Shown here one piece after another: positions 49,384-58,772 of a stretch of 64,000 nt of DNA (position 1 is its first letter; each line of letters opens with the position of its first letter). The notes under the pieces were generated by a model. The model worked only from the letters and a program-made list of their open reading frames with translations, had not been told where the DNA came from and ran no database searches. The translations under genes and the position numbers were made by a program. The stretch is from an uncultured bacterium (GTDB taxonomy: Bacteria > Patescibacteriota > Minisyncoccia > Phycocordibacterales > PALSA-1337), in assembly GCA_903839725.1 (NCBI GenBank), contig CAIMDG010000001.1:235315-299314 (forward strand), written 5' to 3'.

Positions 49384-50743
49384 CGACTTTACGTCGTTTC
49401 TTACCTGTTAGCTTCTCCCATCGATTGAGTGCCACTTCAGCATACACAGGAGACTTCTCCATGATGAAGCATCGACGCTTTAGCTTCGTACACGCAATAA
49501 GTGTTGATCCGCTCCCACAGAATGGTTCAAGAACCAGCTGGTCACGCTTAGTGAGTACTTTGATGTATGGAATCAGTATTTCAATTGGCTTAGTGCCGAA
49601 GATAATTCCTTGTCCTGATGATTTCTCATCCGCTGCATTGTAGTCAACAAAATCAGTCGGGCAATACTTCTTACCTTTACCATACGACTCCCAGTGAGGC
49701 TTACCCTGAATAGCGAAGAGGGCTGTCTCGTATTCATTTTGAAGCAATTCATCTGCCTCTACTTCAGGATCTACACCCCCACGTTCATTACTTGTACCAA
49801 CCATGGCAATATCATGCTTCGAGAAGAACTTATGAGCACCTGCGTATCCTTGATTACGGTTCGGAAGGTGCCAAACAATCATATTGCGTACCTTCCAATG
49901 TTTTTCCATTTCACCCCAGATAGTGCGGATATTTTTCCAGTTCTCGTAACAGATGATTGAGAAATTTGAAGCTTGTACTTTTGCGACATTTGCCATCCAA
50001 AGTTCAGTGAAGTTCTCAGGTAATGATTCAGTCTCAAGATATCGACGATTTTTCTTTGCGCCGAATCCTGTGGTTGCTTCACCATGTTTTGTTTTTCCAT
50101 GAAGATAGTCCAATATATAAGGTGGGTCAGTCATGACCATATCTATCTTGTTGTCTCCACAGAGCTTGAGTATATCCGCTTCAACAGTTGAGTCACCACA
50201 CATCAGTTTTGATCCATCAAGATCGTACACGTCACCTTTCTGTACTGTTATTGTTCCTATTTCAAGTTTGTCGAGTTCTTTTTGGAGATCGAATTGTTCC
50301 TCAACCGAGTCTTCTTCGAATATTGAATCGAGTTCTTCTGAAGCGAAGCCTATATCAGAAAGGAATGTCTCATCAAATTGAGCGAGCAAGTCAAAATCCC
50401 ATTCGCCCTGGTTTTTATTGAGGCGAATACAGAGTTCCTTTTCTTTCTCCAGATCAGGAATATTTATGTATACAACAGGTACAGTTTCAAAGTTAAGCTC
50501 TCGAAGAACTTTCGCTCTAAAGTTGCCTCCGATGATAATTCCTTTTCTTGTTTCGGCTGAGTTTACGAGCAATGGATCGACTACTCCATACTGTTCGATA
50601 CTTTGTTTGAGTTGAGCAGTTGCTTCTTCATCCCAGACACGAGGGTTGTAATCTGGAGAAGTGAGGGTTGATAATGGAACATACTCGATTTTAAGGTCAC
50701 GTTCGTGTGAACGTGCAGAGCTACCTACGTTTGTATTTTGCAT
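49373..50743 (-). CDS. ParB-like nuclease domain fused to a DNA methyltransferase
   Basis: N-terminal ParB/Srx fold (VVDPLLVN ... GNFRAKV). C-terminal beta-class MTase (MTDPPY, PFCGSGST). This architecture is common in phage orphan MTases. Confidence 0.75.
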   Translation of the reverse strand: MQNTNVGSSARSHERDLKIEYVPLSTLTSPDYNPRVWDEEATAQLKQSIEQYGVVDPLLVNSAETRKGIIIGGNFRAKVLRELNFETVPVVYINIPDLEKEKELCIRLNKNQGEWDFDLLAQFDETFLSDIGFASEELDSIFEEDSVEEQFDLQKELDKLEIGTITVQKGDVYDLDGSKLMCGDSTVEADILKLCGDNKIDMVMTDPPYILDYLHGKTKHGEATTGFGAKKNRRYLETESLPENFTELWMANVAKVQASNFSIICYENWKNIRTIWGEMEKHWKVRNMIVWHLPNRNQGYAGAHKFFSKHDIAMVGTSNERGGVDPEVEADELLQNEYETALFAIQGKPHWESYGKGKKYCPTDFVDYNAADEKSSGQGIIFGTKPIEILIPYIKVLTKRDQLVLEPFCGSGSTLIACTKLKRRCFIMEKSPVYAEVALNRWEKLTGKKRRKVDEK

Positions 50744-51151
50744 ACTAAAAGATGAAATTATTTAATAATTTCTCTGTAGTGGAATAAAAATATAGGGTGT
50801 ACCTTCCAGAGGGAGGAGATACGTATCGTGAAGTCTGTAAAGATGTTGCGGCTTTTGTTCCCGTACAACACTTTAGACTGATAAAACCTTATAACCCCTA
50901 AGGTACAGAACGTAGACGGAGACCGATACCACTATGGTCAGGAGCACACGTTACTGTTTGCTAGAATTATTCGAGATATTGTTCCTCGAGGTGTTACTAC
51001 GAATTCTTTGCTTAGAGTAAGTATATCAAGTAGATAATTTTGTAAAATAGGTACCTGTGGACAACTTTTCGCATGTGTGTTGTCGTATACACAGTGTATA
51101 AGGAGATGTTTTTATGCTCGCTTATAGCACCAAAAGGAATATAATTACCAT

Positions 51152-51460
51152 ATGAATACATATGATAAAAAACCTAAGCAAGTAGATACTGAGTTTGTTT
51201 TAACTGAACTCAACAAGATAAAACAAGCCATGAGCGAGCTCGATGAGAGAATGGATTTTCTTTATGCGAGTGTGTTGTTTCAAGAGTCGATAAAAATTAT
51301 CCAAACATACAAAACAGTTACAGCTTCAAAGCTTCAGCGTAAATTTAATATTGGATATTCAAGATCTTGTTATTTGATTGATATTCTCGAAAAAGAGGGA
51401 TATCTCAAATTGGATAAAAAGAATAAAGAGTCTAGGACGTATGTAGTCCAGACTAAATAA
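51152..51460 (+). CDS. stand-alone FtsK-gamma winged-helix domain protein
   Basis: VTASKLQRKFNIGYSRSCYLIDILEKEGYL matches the FtsK gamma KOPS-binding wHTH consensus. Confidence 0.6.
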   Translation: MNTYDKKPKQVDTEFVLTELNKIKQAMSELDERMDFLYASVLFQESIKIIQTYKTVTASKLQRKFNIGYSRSCYLIDILEKEGYLKLDKKNKESRTYVVQTK

Positions 51461-51552
51461 AAAGACACTATTTTATAACATGCCCGCACAGTGTCTCATT
51501 TGTCTCATTTTATCATTTCATATTTGTATTTATCTAGATTTTTGCTAGCGTA

Positions 51553-51987
51553 TTGATTATGGATATCAGTACCACATCACCGCTTGGAATAGACTTTCCA
51601 AAGCAGGTTGTAAACCTTCTTCTGAAGGGTTTTGACGACGGTAAAAAGCATGCCGCCCATGTATTGTGGGATACGGGTATGTCGATTCTTGGTCAGCATT
51701 GGATCGCTATAGTCCTAGTACTAGTTGTTGTGCTTTTCCTCTCAGGATTACAGGCTTTTACCACAAGGTGGTGGGGGTGGTTCGGAAGCGTGCTATATCA
51801 CTATTTCTATTTTGGAACTTTGTTTATTATTGGTCTGATCTGGGGTCCAGAAGTCTTCGTTAGCGATCTCTTTGGTGTGCTTGCTGTAATTCTCTATATT
51901 GTCTGCTTTTTGCTCGTTGGCAAGATATTGAGCGAGACTGGAATTCACAGAGGCCTACCAAGACGTGTCAGAAAAGGGCGACGCTAA
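51553..51987 (+). CDS. membrane protein (3-4 TM)
   Basis: Hydrophobic segments and a basic C-terminus. Confidence 0.45.
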   Translation: MIMDISTTSPLGIDFPKQVVNLLLKGFDDGKKHAAHVLWDTGMSILGQHWIAIVLVLVVVLFLSGLQAFTTRWWGWFGSVLYHYFYFGTLFIIGLIWGPEVFVSDLFGVLAVILYIVCFLLVGKILSETGIHRGLPRRVRKGRR

Positions 51988-52093
51988 ATGCTACAATATG
52001 CTTACGGTGTCTCACCCTCAAAGGTCCTATACCGGAGCGTCCAGCTAAGTTGAGCGCAGTTCGAGCGCTCAAGTCGTATTAAGATATATTATA

Positions 52094-52933
52094 ATGATCG
52101 TCCCAGAAGAAATTAAAAAATGTATTGCATTTATTTGCGAAGACTCTAAAGACGGACCTATTCCTAGAGCGACAGGTTTTTTCGTTTCAGTACCATCGGA
52201 AAAGTTTCCCGAGAAATACAATTGGCTATATTTTATAACGGCGAGACATGCTAGTGCAAAATTGAATGGAAACTTGTTGCTTCGATTGAATGGACTAGAC
52301 AACAAAGCAAAATATATAAAGATATCTGACGTGGCTTGGCACTTTCATCCAAATCATTCAAATGATCCTGTGGATGTTGCAGTTATATCCATTTCACCGA
52401 TACCAGATATTGACATGAAATGGTTTCCGGTAGAAGGGATTATGACCCCAGAACTTTTTGAAAAAGAAGGTGTGGGAATTGGTAGTGAAGTATTTATAAC
52501 AGGATTATTTAGTAAAGTCTCTGGAGAAAATAAGAATTCACCTATTGTTAGAATTGGAAATCTTGCAATGTATCCAGAAGAAAAGATTAAAACAAAAGAT
52601 TTTGGGGACATGAAGGCCTATCTAATAGAAGCAAGGTCAATAGGTGGTGTTAGTGGTTCCCCTGTATTTTTTTGTGCTGATCCATTTGCACACATACCGA
52701 AAGGCTCAATACTTTATGCTACAGGTAATAGTCGACCAAGATTTTTTCTGGGTGGATTAATACATGGTCACTGGGATATATCTGATGAGCAGGTTGATTT
52801 TGATACCTCTGTAGACAAAAATATAAACATAGGTGTGGCTAGTGTTGTGCCAGGTTATAAGATTAAGGAAACATTATTTTCTGATGAATTAATTCAAGAT
52901 CGAAAAAAGAAAGATGAAACATTAAAAGACTAA
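52094..52933 (+). CDS. trypsin-like serine peptidase (chymotrypsin fold), no signal peptide
   Basis: Catalytic triad candidates ITARHAS (His), DVAVI (Asp) and IGGVSGSPVF (GxSGxPv Ser motif). Confidence 0.6.
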   Translation: MIVPEEIKKCIAFICEDSKDGPIPRATGFFVSVPSEKFPEKYNWLYFITARHASAKLNGNLLLRLNGLDNKAKYIKISDVAWHFHPNHSNDPVDVAVISISPIPDIDMKWFPVEGIMTPELFEKEGVGIGSEVFITGLFSKVSGENKNSPIVRIGNLAMYPEEKIKTKDFGDMKAYLIEARSIGGVSGSPVFFCADPFAHIPKGSILYATGNSRPRFFLGGLIHGHWDISDEQVDFDTSVDKNINIGVASVVPGYKIKETLFSDELIQDRKKKDETLKD

Positions 52934-53043
52934 AAAATTGCGCTCAACTCGCGTCGATATGGTAAACTGAAACTACTTAAATCCGCCAATCTGGGCTTGA
53001 CCGACGACGGTTCTGGCTCGAGTCGGCCAGCCAAGCAAATTTT

Positions 53044-53784
53044 ATGAAATTATTATGTCTCAATACTTGGGGCTGTAGAGTTGATACTATATTTGATTAT
53101 ATTCAGAAAAATTCTGATGCTGAGATTATTTGTCTTCAAGAAGTCATAGAAGGAGGAGAAAAAGAAACAGAACGCCATGAAAAGACAAATTCATTTGAAA
53201 TGATCAGTAAACTATTACCTCATCATTCCGGATATTTTGCTAAGTACATACATGGATCACACTATGGTGAGGAACCGAAAAATTTTTCGTTTGGAATATC
53301 GACTTTCGTTAAGACTTCAATTAAACATAGTCTTTACAAGAACATTGAGCTATTAGATGCAGATAAAAAATGGAATGATTATTCAGGAAGATTTGCAGGA
53401 GGAGTTGCACAGGCTGTTACTGTTGGAGATTTTACGATTATCAATGTTCATGGACTATGGCAAGATCTCGTTATTGAAGACACTGAGGCAAAGATTGAAG
53501 AAAGCCACACGATACTCAGGCTTGCTAATGAAACAGCTGGAAAAAAGATAATTTGTGGCGACTTCAACTTGACCCAGAACACACGGCCGATAAAAGTTTT
53601 AAATGATGCATTCACAAATTTGATTGATGCCCGTAGTATTTCTGATACAAGGGGCCCATTATATAAGGGTACAAATAGATTCGCTGATTATGTTTTTGTT
53701 GATTCTCAGATTGAAGTAAAATTATTCGAAGTTCCAAATGTTTCAATTTCAGATCATTTACCATTAGTATTAGAATTCAAATAA
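53044..53784 (+). CDS. endonuclease/exonuclease/phosphatase (EEP) family protein
   Basis: LNTWG...ICLQEV N-terminal motif and C-terminal SDHLP. Paralog of 61209..61904. Confidence 0.7.
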   Translation: MKLLCLNTWGCRVDTIFDYIQKNSDAEIICLQEVIEGGEKETERHEKTNSFEMISKLLPHHSGYFAKYIHGSHYGEEPKNFSFGISTFVKTSIKHSLYKNIELLDADKKWNDYSGRFAGGVAQAVTVGDFTIINVHGLWQDLVIEDTEAKIEESHTILRLANETAGKKIICGDFNLTQNTRPIKVLNDAFTNLIDARSISDTRGPLYKGTNRFADYVFVDSQIEVKLFEVPNVSISDHLPLVLEFK

Positions 53785-53826
53785 GTTGTTAGGCTTGAAT
53801 CGCGTCGAAATGTTATAATACCAATT

Positions 53827-54393
53827 ATGAAAAGTGCAATAATAATTCATGGATATAATGATAAGACTGAATTTCTAGATGCGAGTCGCCCATCAGCATC
53901 TAATGACCATTGGATACCATGGCTTCAGAGAAAGCTATTATTAAATGGTATCGAGACTCAAACTCCTGAAATGCCTGGTTTTTACGAACCAAATTATGAG
54001 AAATGGAAAGATCTACTGGATAGATTACATCCTGATGAAAATACAATGTTAGTTGGTCATAGTTGTGGAGGAGGATTTCTTGTAAGATGGTTAAGTGAAA
54101 ATAATAAGAAAGTTGGCAAGGTTGTTCTTGTTGCTCCTTGGTTGGACCCAGAAAGCGAAATCGATCCAAACTTTTTTAAATTCAATATCGATTCAAATCT
54201 CGTCTCTAAGACTACTGGTCTAATAGTGATGTATTCAACTGACGATGCTTCAACTGTACTCAAAAGTATTGAAATACTCAGAGCGAAAATAAATGATGCT
54301 CAATTTAAGGAATTTGAAGGAAAAGGACATTTTGTGTTGAGTAGTCTGAACACGGAGAAGTTTCCTGAACTTTTGTCTATACTCTTAAATTAA
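53827..54393 (+). CDS. serine hydrolase, YdeN/RBBP9 family
   Basis: IIIHGY ... LVGHSCGG nucleophile elbow. 188 aa. Confidence 0.7.
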   Translation: MKSAIIIHGYNDKTEFLDASRPSASNDHWIPWLQRKLLLNGIETQTPEMPGFYEPNYEKWKDLLDRLHPDENTMLVGHSCGGGFLVRWLSENNKKVGKVVLVAPWLDPESEIDPNFFKFNIDSNLVSKTTGLIVMYSTDDASTVLKSIEILRAKINDAQFKEFEGKGHFVLSSLNTEKFPELLSILLN

Positions 54394-54495
54394 TCTAGCA
54401 CCCTACAATCTATTCAAATTAACAACCATTGCCAAAAGGTGAAAAATGTGTAGTATTAATTTTTAGACAAACAAAACAATAGAAGCAAATTAATT

Positions 54496-55416
54496 ATGCA
54501 CCTAAACATCTTTGCGGGTAAAGGTGGTGTTGGAAAAACCAACTGCGCTGTCTCACTTGCGCTTCACCTCTCCGGCTCAATGGATATCAAAACGGCTGTC
54601 ATCGACTATGATGGCGGTCACAGTGTTGCGAATACACTCGGCACAACCACACTTCTCTCGAGAAATATGGTGTGTCCGATGAAAAAGAACTTCGCGATTG
54701 CAATCGTTGAAAATACAGATTTTGTTGGAATCGCTGAGGCAATTACCAAAAAGTGGACCTTGAAAGAATACTTGGCACAGTTCCCTGGCGAGTTCGGCCT
54801 CATTCCACTTACGGACATGGTGAACGCTTTCTTTGGTGTTCTAACCGATACTGTGACATTGCAAAAGTTTGCGACTCTTATAACGCTTCTTGCTCAGCTT
54901 GAGCAGCGAGGCTATGAACGAGTAATCATTGACGTTGAACCGACTGCGGGAATGGAGCGTTTGCTCCTCAATGTGCAATCGACTGCACGAAGCCTGACAA
55001 ATCTGCAGAATCAAGGCATCATCTCTCTGTCAATGATTGGCGCGAAATGGCCCCACATTGCTGGTTACCTCAAAGGTGATTACATCAAACATGCCGATAA
55101 ACACGCGGCAAATATCCAGCATGTGGCGACATTACTTACAAACGCCAAATATATGATCGTTTCGACCCCTGAAGCAAGTCCGATCAACCAAACATTCGAA
55201 GTGCGCCGAATCATCGAAAAGTTTGGGGGCAAGGTTCATGGTTACGTGGTTAACAATCTACGCGGGGAGGCTCATGAAGCTTCGAATATTTCCCGCCTCG
55301 ATGCAGAAGGTCTTCCCGTTGTGAAGATTGGACGGCAAGCTGGACTTCATTCCGGCAAGGAACGCACTCCAATTCTTCTGAATATGGGCGCACTCATCGC
55401 TCGAGAGTTAGTCTAG
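54496..55416 (+). CDS. ArsA/GET3-family P-loop ATPase
   Basis: Deviant Walker A AGKGGVGKTN at the N-terminus. Confidence 0.5.
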   Translation: MHLNIFAGKGGVGKTNCAVSLALHLSGSMDIKTAVIDYDGGHSVANTLGTTTLLSRNMVCPMKKNFAIAIVENTDFVGIAEAITKKWTLKEYLAQFPGEFGLIPLTDMVNAFFGVLTDTVTLQKFATLITLLAQLEQRGYERVIIDVEPTAGMERLLLNVQSTARSLTNLQNQGIISLSMIGAKWPHIAGYLKGDYIKHADKHAANIQHVATLLTNAKYMIVSTPEASPINQTFEVRRIIEKFGGKVHGYVVNNLRGEAHEASNISRLDAEGLPVVKIGRQAGLHSGKERTPILLNMGALIARELV

Positions 55417-55507
55417 CGAGCGCGACAGTATCAAATTCCAAGGATGACAACGTCCTTGGTTTTTTATTTTATACCATCAAGTCGCGTCAATCTGCTATAC
55501 TACATAC

Positions 55508-56140
55508 ATGCAAGAACTCATCGAAGTATACAAACTAGACGGCACATTCATCGGAACTCAAGATAGAGACGATTTTTATACTGAAGCCAAAAAAGAATTT
55601 GCTCAAAGTGGTGCTATTTCTAAAAAAATAAAAACTATCAGAGTACTCCTGATGAATTCACGTGGAAGAATATACCTGCAAAAAAGAAGTGAATTAAAAA
55701 AGGAGAACTCAGGTTTATATGACAAAACTGTTGGCGGTCACGTTATTTTCAACAACACCCCAGAATTAACTGTGGTTAAGGAATGCGCTGAAGAATTGGG
55801 TTTTCCAGCAACAATTATCAATAATAATGAATTTGAACAGGCCGTTAAGTCGATTGATCTCAAAATAGTTGGGATATTAAAGAAAATTGATCACATTGAT
55901 AATTTTGAATCAACAAGACTTTTGAATGATGGACAGAGTTTTGTTCAACCCTATATTACTGATATTTATATCGGATATTACGATGGTGCTATACGATTTG
56001 CTGACGGAGAAAGTTCTGGAGTTGAGACATTTTCGATTAGTCAACTCAAGAATAATATAGCGAATCAACCTGGTAAATTTACTGAGGATTTGAAGTATAT
56101 GGTGGAAAAATATTCAGATGTACTCGTACCATTAATTTAA
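55508..56140 (+). CDS. NUDIX hydrolase
   Basis: Nudix box GGHVIFNNTPELTVVKECAEELG. Confidence 0.6.
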   Translation: MQELIEVYKLDGTFIGTQDRDDFYTEAKKEFAQSGAISKKIKTIRVLLMNSRGRIYLQKRSELKKENSGLYDKTVGGHVIFNNTPELTVVKECAEELGFPATIINNNEFEQAVKSIDLKIVGILKKIDHIDNFESTRLLNDGQSFVQPYITDIYIGYYDGAIRFADGESSGVETFSISQLKNNIANQPGKFTEDLKYMVEKYSDVLVPLI

Positions 56141-56147
56141 TAACCCC

Positions 56148-56573
56148 ATGCTTTACAGTGATTTATTGAAGACCCCACGATCCTGCCCATTTTGTGAATT
56201 CACACATAACAGAATTATCGATCACAATGATGACGTGTTCATGACCTACGCACTTGCTCCATACCACAAACATCATTTACTCGTTGTTCCCTATCGTCAC
56301 ATAGATGATTTCGAGAATTTAAGTCAGACAGAATTAGTATCAATCAATACACTATTACATAAAGGTATTAATTTGCTGAAAAAACTCAACTATCAGGATT
56401 ACACCATCGTTGTTCGTAATGGCAAGAAAACAGGCAAAACGATTGAGCACTTGCACTATCACATTATCCCTGTTGATGTCATCGGTGACCTCAATCACGT
56501 CGGTGAAGAAAGAAAAGTATTGTCTGAAGCTGAAATAGAAGAAATTCTTCGTGATTTTGATATAAAGCAATAA
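56148..56573 (+). CDS. HIT family protein
   Basis: Histidine triad HLHYHIIP. Confidence 0.7.
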   Translation: MLYSDLLKTPRSCPFCEFTHNRIIDHNDDVFMTYALAPYHKHHLLVVPYRHIDDFENLSQTELVSINTLLHKGINLLKKLNYQDYTIVVRNGKKTGKTIEHLHYHIIPVDVIGDLNHVGEERKVLSEAEIEEILRDFDIKQ

Positions 56574-56767
56574 CAATCTTGAGAGAAAAATCTAAGGGAC
56601 ATATTACGCAATGTCATATAGACACTTCATCATTGCTGTGGTAATTTCGATATAGAAAGCTTTTTACATATCGAGCATCACTGTTCGTGGCTTTCTACGC
56701 GGAAAAATACACAACGCATATGAAAACACCAAACCAACGTAAAAAACGGGTCTACTCGGAGGCGGAT

Positions 56768-57763
56768 ATGTCTCCTGTCAGTCCCCTTGCAAAGAAACAA
56801 CTCGCAGTGTTGGGCTTCGGCTCGCAAGGCCACGCCCATGCCCTCAACCTCAAGGATTCAGGTCACAATGTGATCATCGGCCTCTATCCGGGCAGCAAAT
56901 CCATCCAGGTGGCGGAGAGCAAAGGTTTTACTGTGCTTCCGGTTGAATCAGCGGTTTGTCAAGCCGACGTCATTTTCGTCGCACTGCCCGACACGAAGCA
57001 AGCCCGCGTGTTCGTGGAAAACATTTTGCCTCATCTGACGAAGGGCAAAACACTTTTGTTTTCTCACGGCTTCTCGATTCACTTCAAGACAATCATTCCG
57101 CCGAAGGGCGTCAATATTGTCATGGTGGCACCGAAAGGCCCGGGCCACGTCGTCCGCAGCCAATATGTGGAAGGCAAAGGAGTGCCGAGTCTCATTGCGG
57201 TTTACCAAGGCGGCACCAAAGCGAAGAACATCGCACTTGGATGGGCCCACGGCATCGGCGCCACTCGCGCAGGTGTTTTGGAAACCTCGTTCAAAGAGGA
57301 AACCGAAACTGATTTATTCGGCGAACAAACCGTCCTGTGCGGCGGCCTGAGTTCCCTCGTCATGGCCGGCTTCGAAACGCTGGTTGAAGCGGGATATTCT
57401 CCCGAAATGGCCTACTTCGAATGTCTGCATGAAGTGAAACTGATCGCCGACCTCATGAACGAATCCGGCATCGCTGGTATGCGGTTCTCAATTTCCGAAA
57501 CCGCGAAGTGGGGAGATGTATCCGTCGGCCCCAAGATCATCAATGCCGGCGTGAAGAAACGCATGGCGGTTGCTCTCAAGAACATCCAATCGGGCAAGTT
57601 TGCTCGTGACTGGATCAAGGAATACAACGGTGGCTACAAACGCTACGACGCATTACTTGCACGCGACGCAGGACACCTGATTGAGAAGACCGGCGCCCGT
57701 CTTCGCGGACTCATGCCGTGGATGAAAAAGCGTGCGATCAAGGGCGCCCAAGCGTCGTATTGA
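56768..57763 (+). CDS. ilvC: ketol-acid reductoisomerase, class I
   Basis: [14 protein letters not shown] Rossmann motif and KARI C-terminal knotted domain. GC about 55 %, far above the window average. Start chosen at MSPVSP; the ORF extends upstream to 56687. Confidence 0.85.
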   Translation: MSPVSPLAKKQLAVLGFGSQGHAHALNLKDSGHNVIIGLYPGSKSIQVAESKGFTVLPVESAVCQADVIFVALPDTKQARVFVENILPHLTKGKTLLFSHGFSIHFKTIIPPKGVNIVMVAPKGPGHVVRSQYVEGKGVPSLIAVYQGGTKAKNIALGWAHGIGATRAGVLETSFKEETETDLFGEQTVLCGGLSSLVMAGFETLVEAGYSPEMAYFECLHEVKLIADLMNESGIAGMRFSISETAKWGDVSVGPKIINAGVKKRMAVALKNIQSGKFARDWIKEYNGGYKRYDALLARDAGHLIEKTGARLRGLMPWMKKRAIKGAQASY

Positions 57764-57875
57764 TCACTACGGTTCCAAGATCGAATATGCAATTCCGCAA
57801 GGAATTGCATATTTTTATTTGTATTAAAAAAGCCGATCCTATTTCTAGAATCGGCTTCGAGTCATCTGATCTTGA

Positions 57876-58772
57876 TCAGTATGACGAGCTGTGTTCAGGT
57901 TCACTGGTGAACCCACTTCGATCTGAACCCGCCGGCGGTTCCGCAGGCGATTCAACTTCCGTTGACGACGGAGGTTGATTTGTTCCCCCATCGTTGACGA
58001 ACGGATCAACGATAACAGGTGGAGGTGCAACACCGACGTCAGCAGTAGCCGTAGCAGCTTCGGTGCTCGGAGGCGCGCTGTGCTGCGCCGCAACACCGAC
58101 AGTGTCGAGGCTTGCGTCTGCACCGCCACCGCCAGACCGACCTTCTCCGGGATGAAATCCTGGGACGTCTTGGTAGGCGTGATGATTGCTGCTGGACATG
58201 GAGTCATAGACCCATAACCAGAACCAGGGGTTAAACCCTGAGCTCGAGGTGTGATTACTCCAAGGAGTTGGAGTCGGAGCAATGAATACCTCCTTACTTG
58301 CCCTCACTGCCACGAGCGGTGCAACCGCACGAGCGAGCATTCCCCACTTTCTTTCTTCGATGTCCAACGACACGATTTTGTCGCGGCCGATGTAGTTGAG
58401 CAAATCAACCATGTCACCATTGCTGATGCGAATGCTCCCATTCGTGGGAAGCAAGTTGTCATCATCGTCCGTTTCCCCGGCATGAATGGCCAGGATGTTA
58501 CGGTCGTCGGGCGTATTCGAGACGCGGGTGGCTTCACCACTGACCGCTTCGAAGACCAGAACAGCCGGGCCATAGGCAGCAAAGAGCTCCTCATTGGTTG
58601 CCTGCTTGTTCAGGTTGATTTGTTTCAGTTTATAGGAGCCGAGCTTGGGTTCGTGCCCTTCAAAATCCGAGTCGCATGTGCCGACAGCGGTTATTGGGGC
58701 GGAGCCATCTCCAATGCTCAGTGTTCCTGCATACTGCCGATTACTGGGCAGTTGTAGTATTAGGGTTTTCAT
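57876..58772 (-). CDS. L,D-transpeptidase-like (YkuD fold) protein with Ser at the catalytic Cys position, Pro/Ser/Thr-rich C-terminal tail
   Basis: IHAGETDDDDNLLPTNGSIRISNGDMVDL aligns to the YkuD IHGT...GCIRM motif with C->S. Confidence 0.45.
   Translation of the reverse strand: MKTLILQLPSNRQYAGTLSIGDGSAPITAVGTCDSDFEGHEPKLGSYKLKQINLNKQATNEELFAAYGPAVLVFEAVSGEATRVSNTPDDRNILAIHAGETDDDDNLLPTNGSIRISNGDMVDLLNYIGRDKIVSLDIEERKWGMLARAVAPLVAVRASKEVFIAPTPTPWSNHTSSSGFNPWFWLWVYDSMSSSNHHAYQDVPGFHPGEGRSGGGGADASLDTVGVAAQHSAPPSTEAATATADVGVAPPPVIVDPFVNDGGTNQPPSSTEVESPAEPPAGSDRSGFTSEPEHSSSY

Larger units (their letters stand above)
42830..51150. mobile_element. putative integrated mobile/defence island adjacent to tRNA-Gln
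   Basis: Begins at the tRNA 3' end. Carries a serine recombinase, an R-M pair, an OLD-family nuclease, a phage-like HTH protein and a ParB-MTase fusion. The right boundary is not defined because no clean direct repeat of the tRNA end was found. Confidence 0.5.

Noticed and set aside
52040-52070. Possible degenerate direct repeat of the tRNA-Gln 3' end (ttcga...caagtc) as the island right boundary
   Set aside because: The sequence ttgagcgc-agttcga-gcgctcaa is itself a palindromic hairpin directly after the membrane-protein gene. It is more simply a terminator, and the similarity to the tRNA end is only 11 scattered nucleotides.
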